Source of the DNA: Verrucomicrobiota bacterium
GTDB taxonomy: Bacteria; Verrucomicrobiota; Verrucomicrobiia; Limisphaerales; JADJPG01
Length of the DNA: 64,000 bases
Assembly: GCA_046048995.1 (NCBI GenBank)
Contig: JBJOEZ010000001.1
Span: forward strand, 25,048 to 89,047
Direction of reading: 5' to 3'
Shown here: positions 17,889-29,400 of the stretch, in pieces
Layout: each line of letters starts with the position of its first letter
How positions within the stretch are numbered: the first letter of the stretch is position 1
Position numbers and translations under genes: made by a program
The notes under the pieces: model-generated
Seen by the model: only the letters and a program-made list of their open reading frames with translations
Told to the model about the DNA's origin: nothing
Databases searched by the model: none

Positions 17889-20800
17889 ATGAACTCATCC
17901 CGCAACCTGTGGACTGGGCTGCTGGCCCTGCCGGCCCTGCTGGCGGGGGTGGCGGCGGGGCCGGCCGCGGAGCCGGCCCGGGTGGATTTTCACCGTGACA
18001 TCCAGCCGTTGCTGGCCGCGCGCTGCGCGGAGTGTCATGGGGACCGGAGGGACAAGGGCGGCGTGCGTTTTGATCGCCGGGCCACGGTGTTCCAGGGCGG
18101 CGATTCCGGGCAGCCGCTGGTGGTGCCTGGCCGTGCGGCGGAGAGCGTGTTGCTGCGGCGGGTGACCAGCGCGGACCCGGACGAGGTGATGCCGCCGAAG
18201 GGGGAGCGGCTGGGCGAGGCGGAGGTGGCCCTGTTGCGGCGCTGGATTGACGAGGGGGCGGTGTGGCCGGCGGACGCGGCGGCGGAGAAGCCGCACTGGG
18301 CGTATGTGAAGCCCGCCCGACCGGCGCTGCCGCGGGTGAGCAACCCGCGCTGGTGCCGCAACGAACTGGACCGGCTGGTCTTGGCCCGGCTGGATCGGGA
18401 GGGGCTGGCGCCCTCGCCCGAGGCGGGCCGGGCGGGGTTGCTGCGGCGGGTCAGCCTGGACCTGACGGGCCTGCCGCCGACGGTGGCGGAGCTGGACGCC
18501 TTCCTGGCCGATGCGCGGCCGGACGCCTATGAGCGGGTGGTGGAGCGGCTGCTGGCCTCGCCGGCCTATGGGGAGCGCTGGGCGCGGCCGTGGCTGGACC
18601 TGGCCCGCTATGCGGACACCCAGGGTTACGAGAAGGACAATCGCCGCAGCCTGTGGCCCTACCGGGACTGGGTCATCCAGGCCCTCAACCGGAACCTGCC
18701 CTTTGATCAGTTCACCATTGAGCAGCTGGCGGGGGATCTGTTGCCGGGCGCGACGCAGGACCAGAAGGTGGCCACCGGGTTTCATCGCAACACGATGACC
18801 AACACCGAGGGGGGCACCGACAACGAGGAGTTCCGCTATGAGGCGGTGGTGGACCGGATCAACACGACCTTTGGGGCGTGGATGGGGACGACCTTGGCCT
18901 GCGCGCAGTGCCACAACCACAAGTATGATCCCTTCAGCGCGGTGGAGTATTACCGCGTGATGGCGTTCCTCAACAGCACGGCGGACGCGGACAAGGACGA
19001 CGAGAGCCCGACGATGCGGGTGTTTGGGCCCGGCCAGCGCGAGCGGTTGCAGGAACTGCGCGACCGGGAGAAGGCGGCGCAGCGGGAGCTGGACGAGGCG
19101 CTGCGGGCCCCGGCTTTTCGCGAGGGGCTGGTCCGCTGGGAGGAGACGGTGGCGGCGGAGCAGGCGGCGTGGACCGTGCTGGACCCGGCCACCTTCCGGT
19201 CCGAGGGGGGCGCCACGCTGACGAAGTCGGCCAGCAAGTCGCTTGAGGCGGGCGGGACCAACCCGGCCAACGACACCTATGTGGTGACCGTGGCGGCCCC
19301 GGCCGGGCGCTGGACGGGCGTGCGGTTGGAAGTGCTGGAGGCGGGCGAGCCCAAGGCGGTCGGTCGGCATGCCAACGGCGGGTTCGTGTTGCGCCGGCTG
19401 GACCTGGCCGACGGCGGGCAGCCCGTGGCGTTCCGGTCGGTGACGGCGGATTACTCGGAGAAGAACCTCGAGGTGACCAACCTGCTGTCCGGCCGGGCCG
19501 ACGGCTGGTCGATTGGGCCCTACGACAGGGCGGAGAACAAGGTGCGTCGCTCGGCCTACTTCACCCTGGCCGAACCCCTGACCATCCCGGCCGGGTCCGC
19601 CCGCGAGCTCACCTTCACGCTGCGCCACAGCGACCGGCACCGGGGCGCCAACGTGCGCCGGTTCCGGCTCCACCTGACCGGCCACGAGCGGGTGGGCCCC
19701 AGCCAGCCGATCCCCGACGCCGTGCGCGCCCTGCTCGCCGTGGCCCCCGCCGCGCGGAACGCCAAGCAGCAGGCCCAGCTGGCTGACCATTACCGCACCC
19801 TCGATCCCGTCACCCAGCCCCTTGTCCAGAAACAGGCCGCCGCCCGCAAGGCGGCCGAGGAGTATGAACGGGCGCTGCCCTTGACCAGCGTGATGGTCGA
19901 GCTGGAGAAACCGCGCGTGACGCGGCGCCATGTGCGCGGCGCCTACCTCAACACGGCCGAGGCCGTCACCCCCGGCACGCCCGCCGCCCTCAACCCGTTC
20001 CCCGCCGGCGCCCCCACCAACCGCCTCGGCTTCGCCCGCTGGGTGGTCGCCCCGGACAATCCCCTCACCGCCCGCGTGATCGCGAACCGCGCCTGGGAAC
20101 AGTACTTTGGGCGCGGGTTGGTCGAGACGGTGGAGGAGTTCGGCAAGCAGGGGGAACCGCCCTCCCATCCCGATCTGCTCGACTGGCTGGCCTGCGAGTT
20201 CATGGACCCCCGCACGCCGGGCGGCCCGCCGGCCGGGCCCTGGGACTTCAAGCACCTGCACCGCGTCATCGTCACCAGCGCCACCTATCGCCAGTCCTCG
20301 CAGGTGACCCCCGCCCTGGCCCGGCGCGATCCCTTCAACCGCCTGCTGGCGCGCGGGCCCCGCGTGCGGCTCGAGGCCGAGATGCTCCGTGACCAGGCCC
20401 TGGCCGTGTCCGGCCTGCTCAGCCGCAAGATCGGCGGCCCCAGCGTCATGCCCCCCCAGCCCGAGGGCCTCTGGCAGGTCGTCTACAGCGGCGACAAATG
20501 GGTCACCAGCCAGGGCGAGGACCGCTATCGCCGCGGCCTCTACACCTTCTGGCGCCGGTCCAGCCCGCATCCCATGATGATGAACTTCGATGCGCCCAGC
20601 CGGGAGTTCTGCGTGCTCAAGCGCAACCGCAGCAACACCCCGCTGCAGGCGCTCAACACCCTCAATGACCCGGCCTTCGTCGAGTGTGCCCAGGCCATCG
20701 CCCGCCAGGTGGCCGCCCTGCCCGCCGCCACGACCGCCGCCCGCGCCACCCATGCCTTCCGCACCGTCCTCGCCCGCCCGCCCGCCCCCGCCGAGGTCGA

Positions 20801-20984
20801 CCGCCTCGTCCGCCTCTACGAACAGGAGCTGGCCCATTACCGCGCCCGCCCGGCCGCCGCCCGCGAGATGGCCACCAGCGAGCTCGGGCAACCGAAGGAG
20901 CCGGCCGACTTGGCCGTGCTGGCCGCCTGGACGGTGGTCGCCAACATCCTGCTCAACCTCGATGAAGCCATCACCAAGGGCTGA
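17889..20984 (+). CDS. PSCyt1/DUF1549/DUF1553 (PSD1-type) exported heme protein
   Basis: Signal peptide, then the planctomycete cytochrome-c motif FHRDIQPLLAARCAECHG (CAECH 18024-18038). DUF1549-like (LARRVSLDLTGLPPT) and DUF1553-like (CAQCHNHKYDP) regions follow. Confidence 0.85.
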   Translation: MNSSRNLWTGLLALPALLAGVAAGPAAEPARVDFHRDIQPLLAARCAECHGDRRDKGGVRFDRRATVFQGGDSGQPLVVPGRAAESVLLRRVTSADPDEVMPPKGERLGEAEVALLRRWIDEGAVWPADAAAEKPHWAYVKPARPALPRVSNPRWCRNELDRLVLARLDREGLAPSPEAGRAGLLRRVSLDLTGLPPTVAELDAFLADARPDAYERVVERLLASPAYGERWARPWLDLARYADTQGYEKDNRRSLWPYRDWVIQALNRNLPFDQFTIEQLAGDLLPGATQDQKVATGFHRNTMTNTEGGTDNEEFRYEAVVDRINTTFGAWMGTTLACAQCHNHKYDPFSAVEYYRVMAFLNSTADADKDDESPTMRVFGPGQRERLQELRDREKAAQRELDEALRAPAFREGLVRWEETVAAEQAAWTVLDPATFRSEGGATLTKSASKSLEAGGTNPANDTYVVTVAAPAGRWTGVRLEVLEAGEPKAVGRHANGGFVLRRLDLADGGQPVAFRSVTADYSEKNLEVTNLLSGRADGWSIGPYDRAENKVRRSAYFTLAEPLTIPAGSARELTFTLRHSDRHRGANVRRFRLHLTGHERVGPSQPIPDAVRALLAVAPAARNAKQQAQLADHYRTLDPVTQPLVQKQAAARKAAEEYERALPLTSVMVELEKPRVTRRHVRGAYLNTAEAVTPGTPAALNPFPAGAPTNRLGFARWVVAPDNPLTARVIANRAWEQYFGRGLVETVEEFGKQGEPPSHPDLLDWLACEFMDPRTPGGPPAGPWDFKHLHRVIVTSATYRQSSQVTPALARRDPFNRLLARGPRVRLEAEMLRDQALAVSGLLSRKIGGPSVMPPQPEGLWQVVYSGDKWVTSQGEDRYRRGLYTFWRRSSPHPMMMNFDAPSREFCVLKRNRSNTPLQALNTLNDPAFVECAQAIARQVAALPAATTAARATHAFRTVLARPPAPAEVDRLVRLYEQELAHYRARPAAAREMATSELGQPKEPADLAVLAAWTVVANILLNLDEAITKG

Positions 20985-21002
20985 CCCGACCCCCGCCCGG
21001 CC

Positions 21003-22490
21003 ATGAATCCCCTGCCTCCCGCCGCCCGTTTCCTCGCCACCGAGAGCCTGCGCGCCGTGACCCGGCGCCAGTTCCTCGGGCGCACCGCCACCGGGCTGGG
21101 GTCCATCGCCCTGGCCTCGCTCCTCCGTGGCAATCTGGCGGCCGACGCCGGGGACGCCGCGGACGGCCTCTCCGCGGCCAACCCCCTGGCCCCGCGCGCG
21201 CCCCACTTTGCGCCGCGCGCCCGCCGCGCCATCTATATCCACATGGCGGGCTCACCCTCCCAGCTGGAGCTGTTTGATCCCAAGCCCAAGCTGAAGGCCC
21301 TCAACGGGCAGCCCTGCCCGGAGTCGCTCTACAAGAAGGAACGCTTCGCCTTCATCAAGGGCGTGCCCAAGATGCTCGGGGGCACCCATGAGTTCGCCCG
21401 CCACGGCCAATGCGGCATGGAACTCAGCCGCCTGATCCCGCACATCGGGGCCAACGCGGACGACCTCTGCCTGATCCGCTCGATGTTCACCGAGCAGTTC
21501 AACCACGCCCCGGCCCAGCTGTTCCTGCACACGGGCGCCCCGCGCCAGGGCCGGCCGGGCCTGGGCTGCTGGCTCACCTACGGCCTGGGCAGCGAATCCC
21601 AGGATCTCCCGGCGTTCGTGGTGCTCGTCTCGGGCAAGTCCCCCGACGGCGGCGCCTCGCTCTGGGGCAGCGCGTTCCTGCCCACCGTGCACCAGGGCGT
21701 GCAGTGCCGGTCGCAGGGCGACCCGGTCCTCTACGTTTCCAACCCGCCCGGGATGGACGCCGCCGGCCGGCGGCGCTCGCTTGATGCCCTGCGCGACCTC
21801 AACGAGATGCAGGTCCGGCAGGTGGGCGATCCCGAGACGCTGACCCGCATCGCGCAGTACGAGCTGGCCTACCGGATGCAGTCGAGCGTGCCGGAGCTGA
21901 TGGACATCGCGTCCGAGCCGGCCCATGTGCGGGAACTTTACGGGGTGGAGCCCGGCAAGGTGTCGTTTGCCAACAACTGCCTGCTCGCCCGCCGGCTGCT
22001 CGAGCGGGGCTCGCGCTTTGTGCAGCTCTACCACTGGGGCTGGGACAGCCACGGGACCAGTCCGGGCGACGACCTGATGACCTCGCTCCCGCAGCGGTGC
22101 CGCGAGACGGACCAGGCGAGCGGCGCCCTGCTGGCCGACCTGAAGCAGCGGGGCATGCTGGAGGACACGCTCGTGATCTGGGGCGGGGAATTCGGGCGCA
22201 CGCCCATGAACGAGGAACGCAACGGGTCGAAGTATCTCGGGCGCGACCATCATCCGCATTGCTTCAGCCTCTGGCTGGCCGGCGGCGGCATCCGGGGCGG
22301 CCTCGTCCACGGGGAGACCGACGAGCTCGGCTACCACGTGGTCAAGGACAAGGTCCATGTGCACGACCTGCAGGCCACGCTCCTGCATTGCTTCGGCCTC
22401 GATCACACCCGGCTCACCTACCGGTTCCAGGGCCGCGACTTCCGCCTGACCGACGTCCACGGCGAGGTCGTGCGCGGGATCCTCGCCTGA
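21003..22490 (+). CDS. DUF1501 family protein (sulfatase/alkaline-phosphatase-like fold, Tat signal)
   Basis: It starts 18 nt after the PSD1-type gene. Tat-like leader [30 protein letters not shown] and DHHPHCFS motifs are typical of DUF1501. Confidence 0.85.
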   Translation: MNPLPPAARFLATESLRAVTRRQFLGRTATGLGSIALASLLRGNLAADAGDAADGLSAANPLAPRAPHFAPRARRAIYIHMAGSPSQLELFDPKPKLKALNGQPCPESLYKKERFAFIKGVPKMLGGTHEFARHGQCGMELSRLIPHIGANADDLCLIRSMFTEQFNHAPAQLFLHTGAPRQGRPGLGCWLTYGLGSESQDLPAFVVLVSGKSPDGGASLWGSAFLPTVHQGVQCRSQGDPVLYVSNPPGMDAAGRRRSLDALRDLNEMQVRQVGDPETLTRIAQYELAYRMQSSVPELMDIASEPAHVRELYGVEPGKVSFANNCLLARRLLERGSRFVQLYHWGWDSHGTSPGDDLMTSLPQRCRETDQASGALLADLKQRGMLEDTLVIWGGEFGRTPMNEERNGSKYLGRDHHPHCFSLWLAGGGIRGGLVHGETDELGYHVVKDKVHVHDLQATLLHCFGLDHTRLTYRFQGRDFRLTDVHGEVVRGILA

Positions 22491-22562
22491 GGCGGCCGGG
22501 CATGGCGGGGTTGCCTGCGGGGTTGCCACCCCGGGCGGGCTCGGGTTCACTCTGTCCTGTCT

Positions 22563-25199
22563 ATGAACATCCCTGTGTTTGCCTCGTGCGCGGCCCTGCT
22601 GGCGGGTGCCGTGCTGGTTCCATCCCTGTGGGCGGCGGATCCCCCGGCCAAGGCGACGCCCGCCGCCAAGCCGGCGGCGGCCCGGCGGCCGGCCCGGGAA
22701 AACACCGGGCTGGTGGTGGGCGAGAACAAGGCCACCCCGGTCAGCCGCATCAAGGCGCCCAAGGATTTCCAGGTGGAGCTGCTCTACTCCGTGCCCGGCG
22801 GCGACCAGGGCTCGTGGGTGGCGCTCTGCACGGATCCCAAGGGCCGCCTCATCGCGGCCGACCAGTATGGCGGCCTCTATCGGTTTGCGCCGCCGGCCGC
22901 GGGCCAGCCGCTGGACCCGGCCCGGGTGGAGAAGATGCCGGCCAACATCCGGGCGGCCAACGGCCTGCTCTGGGCCTTCGGCGCGCTCTATGTGGGGGTG
23001 AACGATTACGAGAAGAAGATTGCCAGCGGCGTCTACCGCATCACCGACTCGGACGGGGACGACCAGCTGGACCGGGTGGAGCTGCTGCGGGCGATCAAGG
23101 CGGGGGGCGACCACGGCGTGCACGCCATCCTGCCGGCGCCGGACGGGCGGTCGTTGTTCCTCATCACCGGCAACAACGCGGACCTGACGGAGGTGACGAC
23201 GGCGCGGGTGCCGCGCAACTGGGGCGAGGACCACGTGCTGGAGCGGATGCCGGACGGGCGCGGGCACAACCGGGACCGGCTGGCGCCGGGCGGGATCATC
23301 TACCGGTTTTCGCCGGACGGGAAGGAATGGGAGCTTTACGCCTCCGGGTTCCGGAACATCTATGACGGGGCGTTCAACCGGGATGGGGAGCTGTTCACCT
23401 ACGATGCGGACATGGAGTATGACTTCAACACCTCGTGGTATCGGCCGACGCGCATCAACCACGTGACGAGCGGCAGCGAGTGGGGCTGGCGCAACGGTGC
23501 GGGCAAGCGCCCGGAGTTCTACCCGGACAACCTGCCGGCCGTGCACAACATCGGGCCGGGCTCGCCGACGGGGGTGACCTTCGGGTATGGGGCGCGGTTC
23601 CCGGCGCGCTACCAAAACGCGCTGTTTGTCCTCGACTGGAGCTGGGGCAAGCTCTACGCGCTCCACCTGCAGCCCGAGGGCTCGACCTACCGGGCGACGC
23701 GCGAGGAGTTCCTGAGCGGGGCGCCGCTGCCGTTGACCGACGCCATCATTCATCCCGGGGACGGGGCCCTGTATTTCGCCATCGGCGGCCGCCGGGTGCA
23801 GTCGGGTCTTTACCGGGTGACCTACACCGGGCGGGAATCCACCGCGCCGGTGAAGGCGGCGGTGTCCGCCCGGGCGTCCGACCGGGCCCGCCGGCACAAG
23901 CTGGAGGCCTACCATGGCCGGCCGGATCCCAAGGCGGTGGCGGCGGCCTGGCCGGCGCTGGACGATCCCGACCGGTTCATCCGCTGGGCGGCGCGCACCG
24001 CGCTGGAGCACCAGCCGGTGGCGGAGTGGGCCGAGCGGGCGCTGGCCGAGAAGAACCCGGGCCGCCAGGTCGAGGCCCTGCTGGGGCTGACCCGCGCGGC
24101 CGGCATCGATCCCCAACACCGGCGCCCGTCCGACCCGCCGGTGGACCGGGTTCTGGGCGGCCGGATCCTGGATGCCCTCGCGCGGGTGGACTGGGGCCGG
24201 TTGAACCACGAGCAGCGCCTGGTCCTGGTGCGGGCCTACGGCATCCATTTTGTGCGGTTCGGCCGCCCGGACGAGACGGCGGCCCGGCGCATCCTGGCCC
24301 AGCTGGACAGCCGGTTCCCGGCGGCCAGCTTCGACCTGAACTGGCTGCTCTGCGAGACCCTCGTCTCCCTGCAATCGCCAACCCTGGCGGCCAAGGCCAT
24401 CGCGCTGATCCAGTCGGCGCCGGGCCAGGAGGAGCAGCTGGAGTATGCGCGGTCGCTGCGGTTCCTGCGGGCGGGCTGGACCCCGGCGTTGCGCACGGCG
24501 CAGTTTGAGTGGTTCCTGCAGGCGGCGAACTACCGGGGCGGGGCGAGCTTCGAGAAGTTCCTCGAGTTCATCCGGCGGGACGCCGAGGCGAGCCTCACGG
24601 ACGCGGAGCGGACGGCGCTGGCGGAAGTGCTGGCGCGCAAGCCGGAGAAGAAGTCGCCGCTGCAGCAGATGGCGACGGCCCTGGCCGGCCGCACCACGGT
24701 GACGGACTGGAAGCTGGACACGCTGGCCCCGCAGGTGGAGCAGCGCCTGCGCCGGCGCAACTTCGACCAGGGCCGCAAGATGTTCGGCGCGGCGGGCTGT
24801 TTCGCCTGCCATCGCCATGGCAACGAGGGCGGCATGACCGGGCCTGACCTGACCGGCGCCGGCGGCCGCTACTCCACGCGCGACCTGCTGGACCAAATCC
24901 TCAATCCCAGCCGCGAGATCAACGAGCAGTTCGTGCCCATGGTCATCACCCGCCAGGACGGGGAAAGCGTGACCGGCGTGATCGTCAACCTCAACGGCGA
25001 CCACGTGATGGTGAACACCGACCCGGCCAATCCCTTCCAGCAGGAGACCATCGACCGCAAGAAGGTCGTGTCCATCGAGCCCTCCAAGTCCTCCCCCATG
25101 CCGGAAGGGCTGCTCGGCCTGCTCACGGTCGACGAGATCGCCGATCTCACCGCCTACATCCTGTCGGGCGGCGACCGGAAGCACGCCCTGTTCCGCTGA
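22563..25199 (+). CDS. PVC-type membrane-bound-dehydrogenase-domain / HEAT-repeat / C-terminal heme-binding (CxxCH) protein
   Basis: Signal peptide; beta-propeller-like N-terminal half (GGLYRFAP, SEWGWRNGAGKRPEFYPDNLP); helical repeats; C-terminal CFACHRHGNEGGMTGPDLTG (CFACH 24798-24812). Confidence 0.75.
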   Translation: MNIPVFASCAALLAGAVLVPSLWAADPPAKATPAAKPAAARRPARENTGLVVGENKATPVSRIKAPKDFQVELLYSVPGGDQGSWVALCTDPKGRLIAADQYGGLYRFAPPAAGQPLDPARVEKMPANIRAANGLLWAFGALYVGVNDYEKKIASGVYRITDSDGDDQLDRVELLRAIKAGGDHGVHAILPAPDGRSLFLITGNNADLTEVTTARVPRNWGEDHVLERMPDGRGHNRDRLAPGGIIYRFSPDGKEWELYASGFRNIYDGAFNRDGELFTYDADMEYDFNTSWYRPTRINHVTSGSEWGWRNGAGKRPEFYPDNLPAVHNIGPGSPTGVTFGYGARFPARYQNALFVLDWSWGKLYALHLQPEGSTYRATREEFLSGAPLPLTDAIIHPGDGALYFAIGGRRVQSGLYRVTYTGRESTAPVKAAVSARASDRARRHKLEAYHGRPDPKAVAAAWPALDDPDRFIRWAARTALEHQPVAEWAERALAEKNPGRQVEALLGLTRAAGIDPQHRRPSDPPVDRVLGGRILDALARVDWGRLNHEQRLVLVRAYGIHFVRFGRPDETAARRILAQLDSRFPAASFDLNWLLCETLVSLQSPTLAAKAIALIQSAPGQEEQLEYARSLRFLRAGWTPALRTAQFEWFLQAANYRGGASFEKFLEFIRRDAEASLTDAERTALAEVLARKPEKKSPLQQMATALAGRTTVTDWKLDTLAPQVEQRLRRRNFDQGRKMFGAAGCFACHRHGNEGGMTGPDLTGAGGRYSTRDLLDQILNPSREINEQFVPMVITRQDGESVTGVIVNLNGDHVMVNTDPANPFQQETIDRKKVVSIEPSKSSPMPEGLLGLLTVDEIADLTAYILSGGDRKHALFR

Positions 25200-25228
25200 C
25201 CCGGAGCCGGTCCGTGAGCGGTCCGTCC

Positions 25229-26242
25229 ATGGCCGAGATCCTGCCCACGCACACCGCCGCGTTGTTCGATGCGGCGGTGCGGCGGGCGGCCGATCTCCTG
25301 CGCGCCGGGCAGGTGGTCGCCCTCCCCACCGAGACCGTCTATGGCCTCGCCGCCAATGCCCTCGATCCCGCCGCGGTCGCCCGCATCTTCGCCGTCAAGG
25401 GCCGCCCCAGCCACAACCCGGTCATCGTGCACGTCGCCGACCTCGCCATGGCCCGCCGCTGCGCCGCCGCCTGGCCGCCCGCCGCCGCCCGCCTCGCCGC
25501 CGCCTTCTGGCCCGGGCCCCTGACCCTCGTCCTCCCCCGCGCCCACGACATTCCCGATGCCGTCACTGCCGGCGGGCCCACCGTCGGCCTGCGCTGGCCC
25601 GCCCATCCCTTCATGCAGGCGGTCATCCGTGCCTGTGGCTTCCCCCTCGCCGCCCCCAGCGCCAACCCCGCCAACGCCCTCTCCCCCACCAACGCCGGTC
25701 ATGTCCTCGCCCAGCTCGGCGAGCGCATCCCCCTTATCATCGATGGCGGCCAATCCCAGGTCGGCATCGAATCCACCGTCCTGGACCTCGTCGCCTCCCC
25801 GCCCCGCGTGCTGCGCCCGGGCATGATCCACGCCGAATCCCTTGTGGCCGCCCTCGGCGAACCCCTGGCGGAGGGCGCCCCCGGCGGCACCCCCGGGGGC
25901 GGCGCGCTGCGCAGCCCCGGCCAGCTCGCCAAGCACTACGCCCCCAAGGCCCGGGTGCTGATCCTCGACTGGCAGGACGAGGCCCACTTGCGCGAACAGA
26001 TCCTCGCCCGCGGTCTCAACCCCGCGACCTGCTGGGTGATCGCCCATGCCCAGGTGCCCACCAGCCGCCTCTGGGCGGGCGTGAGCGTGATCCCGCACGA
26101 CGCCGAGGCCTTTGCCCGCGCCCTCTATGCCGAACTGCACCGGTGCGACCAGGAAGGGGTCGGCTGCATCGTGGTGCAAACGCTTCCCCCGGGACCTGAG
26201 TGGCAGGGCATCGCCGACCGGCTGCGGCGGGCGGCCTGCTGA
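25229..26242 (+). CDS. tsaC: L-threonylcarbamoyladenylate synthase (Sua5/YwlC-type TsaC)
   Basis: LPTETVYGLAANALDPAAVARIFAVKGRPSHNPVIVHV and SANPANALSPT motifs, with a C-terminal Sua5 extension. The track starts at GTG 25214; I prefer ATG 25229. Confidence 0.85.
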   Translation: MAEILPTHTAALFDAAVRRAADLLRAGQVVALPTETVYGLAANALDPAAVARIFAVKGRPSHNPVIVHVADLAMARRCAAAWPPAAARLAAAFWPGPLTLVLPRAHDIPDAVTAGGPTVGLRWPAHPFMQAVIRACGFPLAAPSANPANALSPTNAGHVLAQLGERIPLIIDGGQSQVGIESTVLDLVASPPRVLRPGMIHAESLVAALGEPLAEGAPGGTPGGGALRSPGQLAKHYAPKARVLILDWQDEAHLREQILARGLNPATCWVIAHAQVPTSRLWAGVSVIPHDAEAFARALYAELHRCDQEGVGCIVVQTLPPGPEWQGIADRLRRAAC

Positions 26243-26427
26243 GCAGCCCCGGGTCCCCCTCCCGTCCCGGCCGCATCTTTCTGTAACTGTCGTGGCCCCC
26301 CTCCTGTCGTGAGGCGGTCCCGCACAAAAGTGATTTTGGACGCAGGAGTTCCGTCCAGACGGGCCCCGGGCCTCGGCGGCCTGGGGACCGGGAACCTTCC
26401 ATCGCTGCGCGGGCGACCCGCATCTCC

Positions 26428-29400
26428 ATGTCTTCGCCTTCCGCGTCGGTTCCCGGTATCGCCGGGGTTTTCCTTTTCCGTCCCCTTCGCCTTGCCGTGG
26501 GCCTTGCCGTGGGGCTGGCCGGCTTGGTGGCCGGGCAGGCGTGGGGTGCCGGTGTCCCCCCGTCGGGTTACGTGACGGATTTTGCCATCCAGCCGCCGGC
26601 GGCGGACTGGGCGACGTTGAGCGTGGCGGGCGGGGCCACGGACACCTACGTGATGGACACGGACGTGAACGCGGCGGTGACGGCGGCGGGGGTGACGACC
26701 GCCCTGGCGCCGGCCACGGGCGCCCCGCCGGCGGCCGGGGCGACGGCGGTGTGGCACTCCACGGACTTCTATGTGCAGACCCGGCCGACGGGCAACCGCT
26801 ACACGGTGTTGCTGGCGAGGTTCGTGAACCAGACGGGGACCAATGCGACGGCGCTGGGGATTTCCTATGGGGTGAACAGCCCGGGGGGCGGTGTGGTGGA
26901 GGAGGCGGACCGGGGCACGCGGGCCTATTACAGCCTGACCGGCCAGGCCGGGTCGTGGGTCAACCTCGAGGCGTTGAACAACGTGACGTCGGCGGCCGGA
27001 TCCATTTCCTATGCGACCAACCTGGCCCTGAACTGGCCGACGGGGGCGACCTTCTACGTGATGTGGGCGGATGACAACGCGACGGGCAATCCGACGGATT
27101 CGGGCAACCAGTTCGACAACTTCTCGCTCCGGGTCACGGCCGGGGTGCCGCCGGTCACGGATCTGACCCTGCTCCTGACGGCGCCGACCAACGGGTCGTT
27201 GTTTGTGACGGGGGCGCCGGTGCCGGCCGCGGCCAGCGTCCTGAACGGGACGTCCCCCTTCACCGTGCAGTATTTCCTGAGCCGCAACGGGGGTCCGTTT
27301 GCCCTGGCCAGCTCGGGCGCGACGGCGCCCTTCTCCGTGGACCTGGCCGCCGCCGGGCTGGGCGCGGGTTCCTACCGCCTGTATGGCGTGGTGACGGACA
27401 GCGCGGGCGAGCCGCTGAGCACGAACTCCTTCACCAACGCGTTCGTGGTTGCCGACCCCATCGCAGCCACGCTCACGGCGCCGTTGGACGGGGCCTCGGT
27501 GGATTACCTGACCCCGGTGACGGTGGTGGCGGCGGTGGCCGGGGGCGTCCCGCCCTACGCCGTGCAGTTCCAGCTCGACGGCGCGGCGGTGGGGGCGCCG
27601 CTCGTCGCCCCGCCCTATGAGCTGAATCTCGGGACGCTGCCGGTGGGCGACCGGTTCCTGCGGGCCACCGTGACTGACGCGTCGGGGTGGTCCAGCAACA
27701 CGCCGGTGCGTGGGGTGACGGTCACCGGCCCCCTGGCGGTGACCCTGACCCCGACCAACGGGGCCACCTTCAACTATGGCGAGCCCATGGAGTTGACGGC
27801 GGTGGGTGGGGGCGGCACGCGGCCCTACCAGGTGACCTTCCAGTTCAACGGCCAGGCCCTGGGCCCGTTCACCGCGCCCCCGTTCAGCACCAACCTGGGC
27901 CTGCTCCCGCCCGGCGCCTACACGGCCAGCGCCCTCATCACGGACAGCGCGACGCCTGCGCCGCACCAGGCGGTGTCCGGCACGCACACGGTCACCATCC
28001 TGCCCAACCCGCTGCTCGTGGCGCTGGCGGGGCCGACCAACGGCCAGGTGGCCTACACCGGACAGGGCCTCGCCCTCGCGGCGGCCGTCGGCGTCAACGC
28101 CCCCGTGACCGTGGCCCGCGTGGAGTTTTTCCTGAACGGCGCCCCGGTCGGCGTGGACAGCAACGCGCCCTATGCCGTGACGGTCACCGGTCCCGCCCCC
28201 GGGATCTACCCGGTCCATGCGGTGGCCACGGACAGCCTCGGGCGCACGACGGCCACGGGCACCAACCTGGTCACCCTGGCCATCGATCCCCTCGCCAACA
28301 ATCAGTTCACCAACCGGTTCAACGTCAGCGGCACTCCGCTCACGATCATCGCCAACAACACCGGGGCCACCACGGAGACCGGGGAACCGACCACGGGCGC
28401 CGGCAACGGCCGCGGGGCCACCCTGTGGTGGTCCTGGACCGCCCCCAGCACGGGCACCGCCCGCGTCGACACCTTCGGCAGCGCCATCGACACCGTCGTG
28501 GCCGTCTACACCGGCGGCGCCGTCAATGCCCTCACGCAGGTCGCCATCAACAACAATGCGGCCACCGGCGTCCCCGCCAGCCTCGTCACCTTCGCCGCCC
28601 AGGAGGGCGCCGCCTACCAAATCCAGGTCGGTGGCGCCACCGGCTTCGGCACGCCCGCCGCCACCGGGCCGATTCAGCTCAACCTCCAGATGCCTCCCAC
28701 GGTGGCCATCACCAACCCTGTCGCCGGCGCCGTGTTCGCCGCCGGCAGCCCCATCCCGGTGGCCGTCACCGCCGCTTCCCCCGTCGGGTCCGTCACCCGC
28801 GTGGACCTCTACCGGGCCGGCACCCTGGTGGGCAGCAGCGCCAGCGCGCCCTACTCCTTCATCGTCTCCAATGCCCCCGCCGGCTCGAACCTGCTCGCCG
28901 CCGTCGTGACCGACCAACTCGGCCAGGTGGCCACCTCCGCCGTGGTCTCCGTGCTCGTCGCCAACCCCGGCATCACCATCGTCTCGCCCCTGGACGGCAC
29001 CGTCTTCGCCACGCCTGCCCCGATCACGGTGTCGGTGTTTCCCTACCTGGCCTCCGGCTCGGTCACGAGCGTGACCTTCCTCGTCGACGGCCAGCCGTTC
29101 GCCACCGACACCACTGCGCCGTTCAGCGGGGTCTGGACCAATGTCACCAGCGGATCGCACCGCCTCACCGCCAGCGCGCGCGACACCTCCGGGATCCTCT
29201 GGGTGGCACCCCCGTCCTATTTGGCGGTGGCGCGGACGCTGGTGGCCACGAATGCCACCTGGAAATACCTCGCCGACGGTTCGGACCAGGGTTCGACCTG
29301 GGGGGCGGCCGGGTTCAACGACGCGGCGTGGCCGGCCGGCCCGGCCGAGCTGGGCTATGGCGACGGCGACGAGGCCACCACGGTGCCCAGCGGGCCGGCC

